From contig JAZRAJ010000067.1 of NCBI GenBank assembly GCA_045634485.1, forward strand, positions 1 to 63,337: a stretch of 63,337 bases of DNA. Reading direction: 5' to 3'. Below are positions 10,270-24,445 of this stretch, piece after piece (within the stretch, counting starts at the first letter, position 1; each line of letters opens with the position of its first letter). This stretch comes from Eubacteriales bacterium (GTDB lineage Bacteria; Bacillota; Clostridia; Oscillospirales; CAG-272). The position numbers were made by a program, and so were the translations under genes. Below the pieces are notes generated by a model, which searched no databases, was not told the DNA's origin, and saw only the letters and a list, made by a program, of their open reading frames with translations.

Positions 10270-10713
10270 TCAAAGTCCGAGCTTTTCAAGCTGAGCGCGA
10301 AGATCGCCAATGTTTCGTTTAGCAACCTTGTCTTTAAATTTATCACGATTCCATATTTCAACGTAATCGGTGCATCCGAGGATAACAACGTCCTTAGCCT
10401 CGTCCTTGTCGATTTCCGCCGCCTGCAATATCGTGGGAGGAATAACTACTCTTCCCTGCGCATCGGGCGAAAGCGAGATGGCATACAAGCCGTAGTAGTT
10501 AAATATCTCCTCAAGATACTCGCGAGGAAGCGTGCGAAGCGACGCCAAGTGCTTTTGCCACTCGTCTGCGGACAAAATACGAAGACAGTCGCCACGTAGG
10601 GGCTTAAATACTACGAAATCCTCTCCAAGTCCTTCACGGAACTTTGAGGGTATGAATAATCTGTTCTTAGAATCAAGCGAATGCTCGTGCGAGCCTAAAA
10701 ATCCGTTTACCAT
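10270..10713 (-). CDS. mraZ: Division/cell wall cluster transcriptional regulator MraZ
   Basis: FLGSHEHSLDSKNRLFIPSKFR, DAQGRVVIP, VEIW; first gene of the dcw cluster. Confidence 0.93.
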   Translation of the reverse strand: MVNGFLGSHEHSLDSKNRLFIPSKFREGLGEDFVVFKPLRGDCLRILSADEWQKHLASLRTLPREYLEEIFNYYGLYAISLSPDAQGRVVIPPTILQAAEIDKDEAKDVVILGCTDYVEIWNRDKFKDKVAKRNIGDLRAQLEKLGL

Positions 10714-10846
10714 AGCCGCTGCCTCCTTTCTTATCGCTTTTTATTGCATCGACCTTGCTTTTGACTAAAAAAGCCTTAAATTTGTCTTTAAAAATCCTTG
10801 ATTTTACCTCAAAAATGCGTTTCGGTTGCACTTTCGATTTCAAGTT

Positions 10847-10923
10847 GTGGGTTTTTGTGGATTTTTAAACCATTTCGCCCCACCTCGTGCACTTATTATA
10901 ATATATATAAAAAAAATAATCAA
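10847..10923 (-). promoter_or_regulatory. sigma-A promoter of the dcw cluster with MraZ-box-like repeats
   Basis: Minus strand TTGATT(10923-10918)-N17-TATAAT(10900-10895), followed by GTGCA / GTGGG / ATGG at ~10-nt spacing; two GTGG at 10-nt spacing on the opposite strand (10847, 10857). Confidence 0.65.
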
Positions 10924-11245
10924 TACTTTTTTTGTTTTTTTGAAAAAATATTTGAATATTTTTAATTTACGCCGAAAAAAGTTTTGTTTTTTTCACGAAA
11001 ACTGTAGTTTTTTTGGCGTACCCACGAGAGGTTTTACATATTTTTACATTTCTTTTAATAACTGTAAAAATATGAGGGCGTTTTTTGGGCATTTAGAGGC
11101 TGCTTTGAGGTCATTTTTCCATCTTGCTTCGGCGGGTCTTTTTTTATTTTTTGAGCATTTTTTCGCACCGATAGCACCCTATTTTCCCTTAAAAATATAT
11201 CAAAAAAACACACAATTTTTACAAAAAATCAACATTTAAAAAGCA

Positions 11246-11273
11246 AAAAAGAGCCGAAAATCGACTCTTTTTT
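11246..11273 (-). terminator. Intrinsic terminator after the antiporter gene
   Basis: aaaaagag-ccga/tcga-ctcttttt hairpin with A/T tracts on both sides. Confidence 0.55.
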
Positions 11274-11406
11274 GATGATTTTTACAATTTTTAAACCGTT
11301 TTTATAGGCGCTTTACAGCGTCCCATTTAACACTTTTTTAACATATTTTTCACTAAAAATTACACATTTTATTCAGCTTTTCTTCAATATAATATATTTA
11401 TATATA

Positions 11407-12570
11407 TTACATAACAAATTGAAGCGTGCAGAACGCCGCATAAATGCAAAGCAAAACTATTCCCTGCGCTCTGTAAAGTCTTTTACCTATAAGCGTAGGG
11501 ACTGTAAGAATAAGCATTACTCCGAGCATAACGGGAATGTCAAGCACGAAGGATGCGGGAAGTCCCATTATCTGCGACTCGGCGGGAACTCCAAAGGGAG
11601 AAATCGTGGTTGCAACTCCGCTGACCAAAACAAGGTTAAAGAGATTTGCGCCAATGATATTTCCAAGCGACAATGCGCCGTGTCCCTTTGCAAGAGAAGT
11701 TATTGCGGTAACAAGCTCAGGGAGTGATGTTCCAAGAGCGACGAAAGTAAGCGCTATAACAGTTTGAGGAACGCCCAACGCACTTGCTATTTCGGTTCCA
11801 CTGTCAACGAGAAGATTTGCACCGCCTGCAATTACCGCCGCACCTATTATCATATAGAATATTTCATTAAGCATATCTAAAGGAGATTTTTTGGTAACCT
11901 TACGTATAATTGACAAAGTCGCATATACCGCAAACACCGCTATCATTGCAACAGCAATCCACCTAAATACACCACCGCGATATATCATTATACCGCCGCC
12001 AACAAAAACAACAAGAGCCTCAATAGCAAGAGATAAATACGACGCGTGTGTCGGCTCTTCCTCCTCTGCACTTACGTCGTGCGCATCCTCAACGATGCCG
12101 TCAATTTCGCTTGCGGGAGTTTTCTTCATTTGAAGCACAGTGCTTATCATATATATAATGAAGATACAAAGCAATGCAATACCAACCCAACGTGCAAACT
12201 CTGCAAAGAAGTAAGCAACGAATACGTAGAACGCCGCTGATGCAAAGAAGAAGGCTATAGGAAGAATAAGAGCCTTTCTCTCGGTTTTTGCAGGCTTTAT
12301 TGCAATAGTAAGCGCCGCAATCAAGGAGGTGTTACAAATTATAGAGCCTATTGCATTTCCGTAAGCCATAGCTCCCGAGCCCGCCATAGCGCCCTGCGCC
12401 GAAACCATTACCTCGGGAAGAGTTGTTCCTATAGAAACAACGGTTGCTCCAATTAAAAGCTCGGGCAGATGAAATCTTCTTGCAACGCCCGCCGCACCGT
12501 CAACAAACCAATCTCCACCCTTTATAAGCATAAAGAGTCCGACGGCAAAAAGTATAATATTTATTATCAT
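11407..12570 (-). CDS. Calcium/sodium antiporter (YrbG/CaCA family)
   Basis: Two alpha repeats GTTLPE and GTSLPE, GNAIGS / GNIIGAN; multi-TM. Confidence 0.92.
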   Translation of the reverse strand: MIINIILFAVGLFMLIKGGDWFVDGAAGVARRFHLPELLIGATVVSIGTTLPEVMVSAQGAMAGSGAMAYGNAIGSIICNTSLIAALTIAIKPAKTERKALILPIAFFFASAAFYVFVAYFFAEFARWVGIALLCIFIIYMISTVLQMKKTPASEIDGIVEDAHDVSAEEEEPTHASYLSLAIEALVVFVGGGIMIYRGGVFRWIAVAMIAVFAVYATLSIIRKVTKKSPLDMLNEIFYMIIGAAVIAGGANLLVDSGTEIASALGVPQTVIALTFVALGTSLPELVTAITSLAKGHGALSLGNIIGANLFNLVLVSGVATTISPFGVPAESQIMGLPASFVLDIPVMLGVMLILTVPTLIGKRLYRAQGIVLLCIYAAFCTLQFVM

Positions 12571-12649
12571 AATTTTTTATCCTTATTTTTTTACATATAT
12601 ATATTATTATAACGAGGTGTCGCATAAAGAACACGGCACCTCTTTTTTA

Positions 12650-13726
12650 TTAGTTAAAATAACCCTCTCTGTAAAGAAGCTCTGCTATAAGCAACGCTCC
12701 GCCCGCAGCTCCTCTTAAGGTGTTGTGAGAAAGACCTACGAACTTGTAATCATAAATAATATCCTCACGGAGTCTACCAACGGTTACGCCCATACCACCG
12801 TAAATGTCACGGTCGAGAGCCGCCTGAGGACGGTTATCCTCCTCAAAGTAGGTAATAAACTGCTCAGGGGCGTTAGGAAGTCCAAGCTCCTGGGGCTTAC
12901 CCTTAAATTCTTTCCAAGCGTTAAGGATTTCCTCCTTAGTGGGCTTGTTCTCAAACTTAACGAATACCGCTGCGGTGTGACCGTCGGAAACGGGAACACG
13001 GATGCACTGAGTTGTAATAATGGGAGCGCTTGCCTTCACTATCTCTCCATTTTCAACCTTACCCCATACGCGGAGGGGCTCCTGCTCGCTCTTTTCCTCC
13101 TCGCCACCGATGTAAGGAATGATATTGTCTATCATCTCGGGCCACTCGTTAAAGGTCTTACCTGCACCCGAAATTGCCTGATAGGTTGTTGCAACAACCT
13201 CCTTAATACCGTACTTAAGAAGGGGTGTAAGTGCGGGAACGTAGGACTGAATAGAGCAATTAGGCTTAACCGCAATAAATCCTCTCTTTGTACCAAGGCG
13301 CTTTCTCTGTGCCTCGATAACCTCAAGATGAGCATCGTTAATCTCCGGAATTACCATAGGAACGTCGGGAGTCCAACGGTTTGCCGAGTTGTTGGAAACA
13401 ACGGGAATCTCCTTCTTGGCATATGCCTCCTCAAGAGCCTTTATCTCATCCTTCTTCATATCAACGGCGCAGAAAACGAAGCTTACAAGCTCCTTCATCT
13501 CATCGATGTTAGCCGCATCGTGAATTATCATATTCTTATACTTCTCGGGCATAGGAGTCTTCATCTTCCAACGTGCTCCAACTGCCTCCTCGTAGGTTTT
13601 TCCCGCAGAGCGAGCAGATGCCGCAAGAGCGGTAACCTCAAAATAGGGGTGGTTTTCAAGAAGCGTCAAGAAACGCTGACCAACCATACCAGTAGCGCCA
13701 ACGACGCCAACCTTCATTTTTTCCAT
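12650..13726 (-). CDS. asd: Aspartate-semialdehyde dehydrogenase
   Basis: VGATGMVGQRF, KPNCS catalytic Cys, QAISGAG, RVPVSDGH, HNTLRGAAGG. Confidence 0.97.
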   Translation of the reverse strand: MEKMKVGVVGATGMVGQRFLTLLENHPYFEVTALAASARSAGKTYEEAVGARWKMKTPMPEKYKNMIIHDAANIDEMKELVSFVFCAVDMKKDEIKALEEAYAKKEIPVVSNNSANRWTPDVPMVIPEINDAHLEVIEAQRKRLGTKRGFIAVKPNCSIQSYVPALTPLLKYGIKEVVATTYQAISGAGKTFNEWPEMIDNIIPYIGGEEEKSEQEPLRVWGKVENGEIVKASAPIITTQCIRVPVSDGHTAAVFVKFENKPTKEEILNAWKEFKGKPQELGLPNAPEQFITYFEEDNRPQAALDRDIYGGMGVTVGRLREDIIYDYKFVGLSHNTLRGAAGGALLIAELLYREGYFN

Positions 13727-13842
13727 AACAAAATCCTTTCGAAAATATATATATTAATTATTTATTTTTTTATTACATTATAATATAACACAAAACTCAA
13801 AAAAAATCAACGCATTTTCATTAATTTTATGTCATTTTATGC

Positions 13843-14721
13843 TTATTTTACTAATAAAAGGTCGTATAATGCGTTTCTCGTCATTCCGTGCGCCTCGGCT
13901 ACCGATTTTATAGCGGCATTTTTGCCCATTCCGCCCGCAATTTTTGCATCGACCTCGGAACGAAGTGCATCAATTGACACCTCAGCGCCATCATCGGCTT
14001 CATTATTACCGGAGTTTTCCTTACCCTCTATAACGAGAACGTACTCGCCTCTCGGCTCACGCTCCTCGTAAAGCGCACACGCCTCTGACAGAGTGGTACG
14101 AATTACCTCCTCGTTAAGCTTTGTAAGCTCACGGCAAAGGGCTATTTTGCGGTTGCCGCCTAAAGCCTCGCAAAGATCCGCAAGAGTGGTTCTTAGCTTA
14201 TGGGGTGCCTCGTGCAAAATAAAGGTTCTCCGCTCCGCCTCAAGCTCCTTAAGCCTTTCACGCCTTGGCTTTTTTTGCACGGGTAGGAAGCCCTCAAACA
14301 CAAATCTTACGGTTGAAAGAGCCGAAAGCGCAAGAGCGTTTACCATAGCGCAAGCACCGGGAATTGCCGTAACCGTTATGCCGTTCTCTGCGCAAAGCCT
14401 TACTAAGTCCTCGCCGGGGTCGGATATAGCGGGAGTTCCCGCATCGGTAATAAGAGCACAGCTCTCGCCCTCACGAAGCCTTGCAACTATCTCCTCGCCC
14501 CTCTCACGCTTATTATGCTCGTAATAGGAAACGAGAGGCTTTGATATTCCAAAATAATTAAGCAGGCGCAAGCTGTTGCGCGTATCCTCCGCCGCAATAA
14601 AATCGACCTCGGAGAGTATTTTTATCGCCCTCTCACTCATATCCGCAAGATTTCCTATCGGAGTTGCCACGAGATATAGCGTGCTTTGCGATATTTTATT
14701 TTTTTCAGTATCCTTTATCAT
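13843..14721 (-). CDS. rsmI: 16S rRNA Cm1402 2'-O-methyltransferase
   Basis: LYLVATPIGNL, AAEDTR, DAGTPAISDPG, RELTKL. Confidence 0.97.
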   Translation of the reverse strand: MIKDTEKNKISQSTLYLVATPIGNLADMSERAIKILSEVDFIAAEDTRNSLRLLNYFGISKPLVSYYEHNKRERGEEIVARLREGESCALITDAGTPAISDPGEDLVRLCAENGITVTAIPGACAMVNALALSALSTVRFVFEGFLPVQKKPRRERLKELEAERRTFILHEAPHKLRTTLADLCEALGGNRKIALCRELTKLNEEVIRTTLSEACALYEEREPRGEYVLVIEGKENSGNNEADDGAEVSIDALRSEVDAKIAGGMGKNAAIKSVAEAHGMTRNALYDLLLVK

Positions 14722-14727
14722 TATATT

Positions 14728-15090
14728 TTATTTCTGCCTTTCAAGCATTATCTTTTTTATTATCAATAAAAGTCCTAAGGTTGCATATCCCAAAAAGATA
14801 TATATAAGCGAGTACGAGAAAAGCTCGATTACTATTCCACCCATAGCAAGCGAAAACAATAGCGGAAAGCTAATTGCACTAAACAGTGGCATCCACCAAA
14901 GATGCTTCACGTTTTTTGAGATAAGCGCTCCAAGCATTATAAAAAGCAAGGGATAGACTATAAAAAAGAATATCATGCATACGCCCATTCCCGCATCGGC
15001 AGGCATAAGCTTTACCGAAAGAAACGGAATTAAGAGCGTTGCGACAATATTACAGGTAAAAAACAGTAATAGCTTATAGCGTAATTTCAT
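14728..15090 (-). CDS. Hypothetical membrane protein (about 4 TM)
   Basis: RBS GAGG, four hydrophobic segments, 6 bp upstream of rsmI. Confidence 0.7.
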   Translation of the reverse strand: MKLRYKLLLFFTCNIVATLLIPFLSVKLMPADAGMGVCMIFFFIVYPLLFIMLGALISKNVKHLWWMPLFSAISFPLLFSLAMGGIVIELFSYSLIYIFLGYATLGLLLIIKKIMLERQK

Positions 15091-15181
15091 TTTAAGTGCC
15101 TCTTAATGTAACTATTTTCAGATTTTTTTCATATTATTTTATAAAGCGTTTTATAATCAACAAAACAAGGGGTGTAACCGT

Positions 15182-17776
<2,595 letters not shown>

Positions 17777-17919
17777 TCAACATCATATTATATTATACCA
17801 ATTTTTAACGGTTATGTCAATCAAAGAAGGATATTTTTTTGCGCTAAAGTTATTAAACAAGCCTCCAAAATCATAAGTTTTAGACAGTAGGCTTGCTCTA
17901 TCTCGGAGGTATTGCAAAA

Positions 17920-18930
17920 ATGAAAATACTTTTTTCTATCCTCGTTCTCGGCGTGGCTCTTGTTAACGGTTGGACAGATGCGCCAAGCGCAATAGCGGGA
18001 TGCGTTTCCACACGCGCTCTGTCTCCACGCTTAGCGCTTATCCTTGCCGCCGTCTGCAACCTCTCGGGCGCTGTAGTTATGGCTCTAATCTGCCCCACCG
18101 TTGCAAAAACGCTATACGGTATTGCCGACTTTGGAGATAACCCTCGCTCGGCAATTATCTCCCTTTCGATAGCGCTTATAACCGTTATACTCTGGGCAAC
18201 GCTTGCCGCCGTGCGAGGACTTCCGACAAGCGAGAGCCACGCCCTTATATCAAGCGTTTGCGGAAGCGCAATTGCCTCAAATATGTCGGTAGAGTCAATA
18301 GGGCTTAGCGAATGGAAAAGCGTTCTGCTTGGAATTTTAATCTCCACCCTACCCGTTATGCTGTTTTCCCTCTTTATCTACAAGCTATCAACGAGGATAT
18401 TCAAGGAGCAGGACCGCAGAAGCACTATGCGATATTTTAGACGAGTTCAGCGCATAAGCGCAGGAATAAGCTCGTTCTTGCACGGAGCGCAGGACTCACA
18501 AAAGTTTATTGGTGTATATATGCTGGGGCTATCCTTTTTAAGCGGAGCATCAAGCACTGACGCCGACAAATTCTCTATTCCGCTTTGGATAACGCTTTCC
18601 TGTGCCGTAGCGATGACGCTTGGAACTCTTATGGGTGGCTCTCGAATAATAAAAAAGGTGGGGTGCGATATGACCGAGCTTGACCCGCTTAGCAGTAGCG
18701 CCGCAGACACGGCGTCCTCTTCCTTTCTCGGCGTTTGCTCCTTTTTGGGTATTCCCACGGCAACCACTCAGGCAAAGACCTGCGCAATTATGGGTATAGG
18801 ACTTTGTAAAAGGGGCGGAACTAACCCCAAAATTGCCGCAGAGGTGTTCCTTGCTTGGCTTTTAACCTTTCCAATATGCGCAATTATAAGCCTTTTACTC
18901 TCGCTTTTGGCTAACGCAATATTTTTATAA
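17920..18930 (+). CDS. PiT family inorganic phosphate transporter (divergent)
   Basis: NGWTDAPSAIA, GLPTSESHAL, HGAQDSQK, AWLLTFP; ATG at 17920 after GGAGGT. Confidence 0.85.
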   Translation: MKILFSILVLGVALVNGWTDAPSAIAGCVSTRALSPRLALILAAVCNLSGAVVMALICPTVAKTLYGIADFGDNPRSAIISLSIALITVILWATLAAVRGLPTSESHALISSVCGSAIASNMSVESIGLSEWKSVLLGILISTLPVMLFSLFIYKLSTRIFKEQDRRSTMRYFRRVQRISAGISSFLHGAQDSQKFIGVYMLGLSFLSGASSTDADKFSIPLWITLSCAVAMTLGTLMGGSRIIKKVGCDMTELDPLSSSAADTASSSFLGVCSFLGIPTATTQAKTCAIMGIGLCKRGGTNPKIAAEVFLAWLLTFPICAIISLLLSLLANAIFL

Positions 18931-18963
18931 ATTTATCTTTAATTATCCCTAAAGAAGGTGCTT

Positions 18964-19515
18964 ATGCAAAAAATAAACTATTTTGAGCTTTTAGAGGATA
19001 TATCTCTGCTCTCTGCAAGAGCCGTATTTTTGGCAAGCGGCAGCACTCGCCAATCGCTTCAAAAATCTCTACCCGAATGTCGAGCGCTTCAGGGTCAGTG
19101 CGCAGAAAAGATTTGTGCGCTTGAGGAGCGACTGTTTACAGATTTTTTGCCTCCGCTTGAGCGTCGCTCGATAGCCGAGGCGGCGCACGGAATGGGAAAG
19201 ATAATAGATTGCTCCTATAAAACGATATTCCTAAAGCTTCAACGTACCGGCTACGATAAGCGAGCAAAGGAGCAGGAGGCATCCCTTAAGCTTATGGAAA
19301 TTCTTGAGGAAAGCGTAGCGCTTCTCAAAAAAATAAAAAAGCCAAATCAAATGCCACGCGCAAGAGAATTTAGGGATATTCTGCTTACCTCACGCTCAAG
19401 CGCAAGACCTCAGAGCAAAAAGCAAAGCCCCTCGACTCCTTATACACAGGAGCTTTGCGAGGAGCTTTCTGATTGCTTTGATAAAATTATCGAAATTATG
19501 CTTTGCAATATTTGA
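18964..19515 (+). CDS. DUF47/PhoU-like PiT accessory protein (divergent)
   Basis: Adjacent to PiT; NYFELL, LFTDFLPPLER, helical. Confidence 0.6.
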   Translation: MQKINYFELLEDISLLSARAVFLASGSTRQSLQKSLPECRALQGQCAEKICALEERLFTDFLPPLERRSIAEAAHGMGKIIDCSYKTIFLKLQRTGYDKRAKEQEASLKLMEILEESVALLKKIKKPNQMPRAREFRDILLTSRSSARPQSKKQSPSTPYTQELCEELSDCFDKIIEIMLCNI

Positions 19516-19516
19516 G

Positions 19517-20866
19517 TTATTCGCTACTCTCTTTTCCTTGCACACCGAAGTACGCCTCGGTTTCCTCCCTTACCTCTCTGCTAAGCTTTATCAATATTAG
19601 CACGTTTATAAAGGTCATAATACCTATGGAAAGATCTGCGCCGTCCCATATAATATCGGCGGAAAGCACCGAGCCTAAGCATATTGCCGTCGAATAAACG
19701 GCAATAAATATTGGAATTGCAAAGCGACGGGAGGTAAGATATTTAAGGCTTACTATTCCGTAGTGAGCCCAGCAAAGCACAGTTGCAAGACCGAAGAGCA
19801 GTACCGAAATAGCAATAAAGTATCCCGAAAATCCTCCCAAAAGCGAGGTATAAGCACCAACCGTCATCATCATAAAATCTCCGCCTGTGTCAACGCCCTC
19901 AAAGCCGACGATAATTACTATAGCCGTTAGTGTGCAAAGCAAAATAGTGTCAACGAACACCTCAAAAATCCCCCACGCACCCTGCTTTGCGGGAATTTTA
20001 CAGCTTGAAACGGCGTGCGCCGCAGGAGCCGTTCCGCACCCCGCCTCGTTGGAGAGTATTCCGCGCATAGTGCCGTATCTCAGCGACGAGGAAAGCAAAA
20101 AGCCCATAGCGCCTCCTACTCCGCTTTTTAGCGTAAAGGCGTTTTTAAATATAAGCGAGAATGCGTTAAGCGTTCTATCGGGATAAATGCAGATAACCGC
20201 AACCGAGAGCAAAAGAAATCCAACCGTCATAAACGGCACAAGCCTTTCGGTTACCGCCAAAATGCCGTCACGCCCACGAATGGTTGCAAAAAGAGTTATC
20301 GCTCCAAAAGCAATTCCAACGACTATAGGTGGCAGCCCGAATACTCCGTTTATTGCGTTTGCCGCAGAATTTACCTGTATCATTCCACCCATAGATATAG
20401 CGTTAAATATACAAAGACAGGCAAAAACGGAGGCTACCACTCGACCTAAAATCCCCTTGCCGAGGGCATCGCTTATATAATACATCGCCGCACCGTACGG
20501 TCGCCCCTCGCTATCGTAGCGTCTGTGCCGCATAGCAAGAGTTATCTCGGCGTATTTTAGTATCATTGCAACGATAGCGCTTACCCACATCCAAAATATC
20601 GAGCCAAAGCCTCCAAGTGCAATAGCCGATGCAACGCTCACCATATTGCCAACGCCAAGCGTTCCCGCAAGCGCCAAGGACATAGCGCCAAAGGAGGAAA
20701 CACCGCTTTTTGCGTTGTCGGGCTTTAGCGCCTTAATTATTTTTATAGGATGCAAAAAATGAAAAAATTTAAGCCGAAAGCAAAAAAACAGTCCGGCAAA
20801 AATAAGTATTATCGGCACTCCCGCACCAAAAATATACTCGTTTAAAAATTCAATTACAGTATTCAA
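19517..20866 (-). CDS. Alanine/glycine:cation symporter (AGCS) family
   Basis: LAGTLGVGN, GSIFWMWV, RGILSNEAGCG, EVFVDTILLC. Confidence 0.92.
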   Translation of the reverse strand: MNTVIEFLNEYIFGAGVPIILIFAGLFFCFRLKFFHFLHPIKIIKALKPDNAKSGVSSFGAMSLALAGTLGVGNMVSVASAIALGGFGSIFWMWVSAIVAMILKYAEITLAMRHRRYDSEGRPYGAAMYYISDALGKGILGRVVASVFACLCIFNAISMGGMIQVNSAANAINGVFGLPPIVVGIAFGAITLFATIRGRDGILAVTERLVPFMTVGFLLLSVAVICIYPDRTLNAFSLIFKNAFTLKSGVGGAMGFLLSSSLRYGTMRGILSNEAGCGTAPAAHAVSSCKIPAKQGAWGIFEVFVDTILLCTLTAIVIIVGFEGVDTGGDFMMMTVGAYTSLLGGFSGYFIAISVLLFGLATVLCWAHYGIVSLKYLTSRRFAIPIFIAVYSTAICLGSVLSADIIWDGADLSIGIMTFINVLILIKLSREVREETEAYFGVQGKESSE

Positions 20867-21036
20867 GGTAGCCCCTCCGTATCATAATATCTAAAGCATA
20901 TTGTTCCCTTTTTTATTATTTTTCGCCAAGCTTTTTCATAATATTTTATTTTATCGCTTTTTAAATTGTTAACTAAATGTTAATATATTCAAAAAGGACT
21001 TGATTTTTCGTAAAAATCGTGTAAAATATCTTATAG

Positions 21037-21063
21037 TTAGCACTCAAAGTTTGCGAGTGCTAA
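21037..21063 (+). promoter_or_regulatory. CIRCE element (HrcA operator)
   Basis: Perfect TTAGCACTC-N9-GAGTGCTAA upstream of groES. Confidence 0.97.
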
Positions 21064-21114
21064 AACCCCAAAATGTATTCTTATTTACATATTTATTGTT
21101 AGGAGGAAGAAAAA

Positions 21115-21402
21115 ATGACAATAAAGCCACTTGCAGACAGAGTTGTCGTTAAGCTTGTAGAAGCAGAGGAAAAAACAAAGAGCGGTCTTATTCTTACCGC
21201 ATCGGCGCAGGAAAAGCCCCAAGTTGCAGAGGTAGTTGCGGTTGGACCCGGCGGAATAGTTGACGGCAAGGAGATTACCATGACCGTTAAGGTTGGCGAT
21301 AAGGTTATTACGTCCAAGTATTCCGGAACAGAGGTTAAGGCAGACGGCGTTGAGTACACCATCGTTCGTCAGGGCGATATTCTCGCTATAGTTGAGGACT
21401 AA
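21115..21402 (+). CDS. groES: Co-chaperonin GroES
   Basis: IKPLADRVVV, TKSGLIL, VVAVGPG. Confidence 0.98.
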   Translation: MTIKPLADRVVVKLVEAEEKTKSGLILTASAQEKPQVAEVVAVGPGGIVDGKEITMTVKVGDKVITSKYSGTEVKADGVEYTIVRQGDILAIVED

Positions 21403-21439
21403 TTATTTAATATTCCTACTAAATATTATACGTTATTGA

Positions 21440-23098
<1,659 letters not shown>

Positions 23099-23100
23099 TA

Positions 23101-23133
23101 TAATCGGGAATGAGCTTTGCTCATTCCCGATTA
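23101..23133 (+). terminator. Hairpin/terminator after groEL
   Basis: taatcgggaatgagc-ttt-gctcattcccgatta, perfect 15-bp stem. Confidence 0.75.
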
Positions 23134-23141
23134 TATTAATA

Positions 23142-23303
23142 AACTATGATCGCTTTCGCGAGTTTACAGTTATGATTGTCTGCGACAAGTTATGATGTGC
23201 CTTTCGGCACAGTTTAAAGCATCATAGCGATCATATCATAACGTTTGCGGAGCAAACTCATAACTTTTGGCAATACCAAAACCATAACTCTAAACTAATA
23301 ACT
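23142..23303. repeat. Multi-hairpin element built from GTTATGA/TCATAAC repeats (candidate structured RNA/DNA)
   Basis: Five short hairpins separated by recurring (G)TTATGA, then complementary (T)CATAAC words. Confidence 0.55.
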
Positions 23304-23320
23304 TATTCGTGAGGAAATAT

Positions 23321-23671
23321 ATGACAGAAAGCATATTAAGAACAAAAACTAAAGAATTTGCAAAAAATGTTATTTTTCTTTGCAGGGAAATCAAACAAAA
23401 CGGTGCAGAAAGTGTACTCGTCAATCAACTTTTACGTAGTGGAACGTCAATTGGCGCTAACGTTCATGAAGCACAATATGCGCAAGGAACAAAAGATTTT
23501 ATATCAAAACTTGAAATTGCTTTAAAAGAATGTAACGAGAGTAACTATTGGATCGAATTATTATATGATACCAACTGCTTGAATGAAGAAATATTTAATG
23601 ACTTACAAAAACAATGTATTGAACTTCGTCGTATGCTCGTTTCTTCCATCACTACCTTAAAAAAGAAATAA
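23321..23671 (+). CDS. Four helix bundle protein (23S rRNA IVP / Avd-like family)
   Basis: NQLLRSGTSIGANVHEA, DFISKLEIALKECNES.YWIELL; AT-richer than neighbours. Confidence 0.9.
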   Translation: MTESILRTKTKEFAKNVIFLCREIKQNGAESVLVNQLLRSGTSIGANVHEAQYAQGTKDFISKLEIALKECNESNYWIELLYDTNCLNEEIFNDLQKQCIELRRMLVSSITTLKKK

Positions 23672-23776
23672 TATTATAACCCAAATTTACAGTTACACTC
23701 ATACGAACTAAGGTGCTGTCACAAATGCAAATCCTAAAGCATTCGAAACAGCACCTTTATTTTAATATAACTTTAA

Positions 23777-24430
23777 TTATTTCTCCGGATCAAGATACTT
23801 CCAATAATCCTTTATATAGCTTATTCCCGACCAAAGAGTCATAACGAGTGAAAGAGCTATACTTATCCAAGAAAGCGGTAATATGTCGTATCTCCAATAA
23901 ACCGAATGGCCGACGATAGCCTCGGTTATAAGTCTTGTTATCCACTGAACAACCGGCTCTAAAAATACAGTTGAAATAGCCACTATCTGCGTTACGGTTT
24001 TAACCTTTCCCAATATTTGAGCAGCAAGCACAACATTTGATGCGTTTGACGCAACAAGTCTTATCGAAGTAATTGCAAGCTCACGGAAAACAACGGTTAT
24101 AAGGGTTATAAGCATAAAAATCTCAAGATTTTTAAACTTTATCAAAAGCACGAAGAGTGCGCCTATTACCATAAATTTATCCGCAATAGGGTCGATAAAT
24201 TTACCGAAATCGGTAACGAGTCCGTCACGTCTTGCAATCTTTCCGTCAAGCATATCGGTTATAGATGCGCCGATAAACAACGCCGCACAGATAATTGTAA
24301 ATATGTAAAAAGTAAGACTCGGAGCAACCGTTGAATACTCGGGCATTATCATTCCCACAACCAAAATCACAGGAACCAAGCAAAGTCGAAGAAGCGAAAG
24401 CTTGTTGGGTAAATTCATTTTATTTTTCAT
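23777..24430 (-). CDS. pgsA: CDP-diacylglycerol--glycerol-3-phosphate phosphatidyltransferase
   Basis: MNLPNKLS, TDMLDGKIAR...FGKFIDPIADK; ATG at 24430 after GGAGG; rimO-pgsA synteny. Confidence 0.92.
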   Translation of the reverse strand: MKNKMNLPNKLSLLRLCLVPVILVVGMIMPEYSTVAPSLTFYIFTIICAALFIGASITDMLDGKIARRDGLVTDFGKFIDPIADKFMVIGALFVLLIKFKNLEIFMLITLITVVFRELAITSIRLVASNASNVVLAAQILGKVKTVTQIVAISTVFLEPVVQWITRLITEAIVGHSVYWRYDILPLSWISIALSLVMTLWSGISYIKDYWKYLDPEK

Positions 24431-24445
24431 AATCTCCTCCAAAAA

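Noticed and set aside
10826..11239. 137-aa Phe/Lys-rich ORF in the mraZ upstream gap
   Set aside because: AT-rich homopolymeric intergenic DNA overlapping the dcw promoter; TTG start without RBS.
12725..13783. 352-aa + strand ORF and other long antisense ORFs (34300, 39202, 21542, 3208)
   Set aside because: Shadow frames opposite well-supported genes, with no recognisable motifs.
23321..23671. Diversity-generating retroelement
   Set aside because: Avd-like gene only; no reverse transcriptase and no TR/VR pair with adenine-specific mismatches seen.
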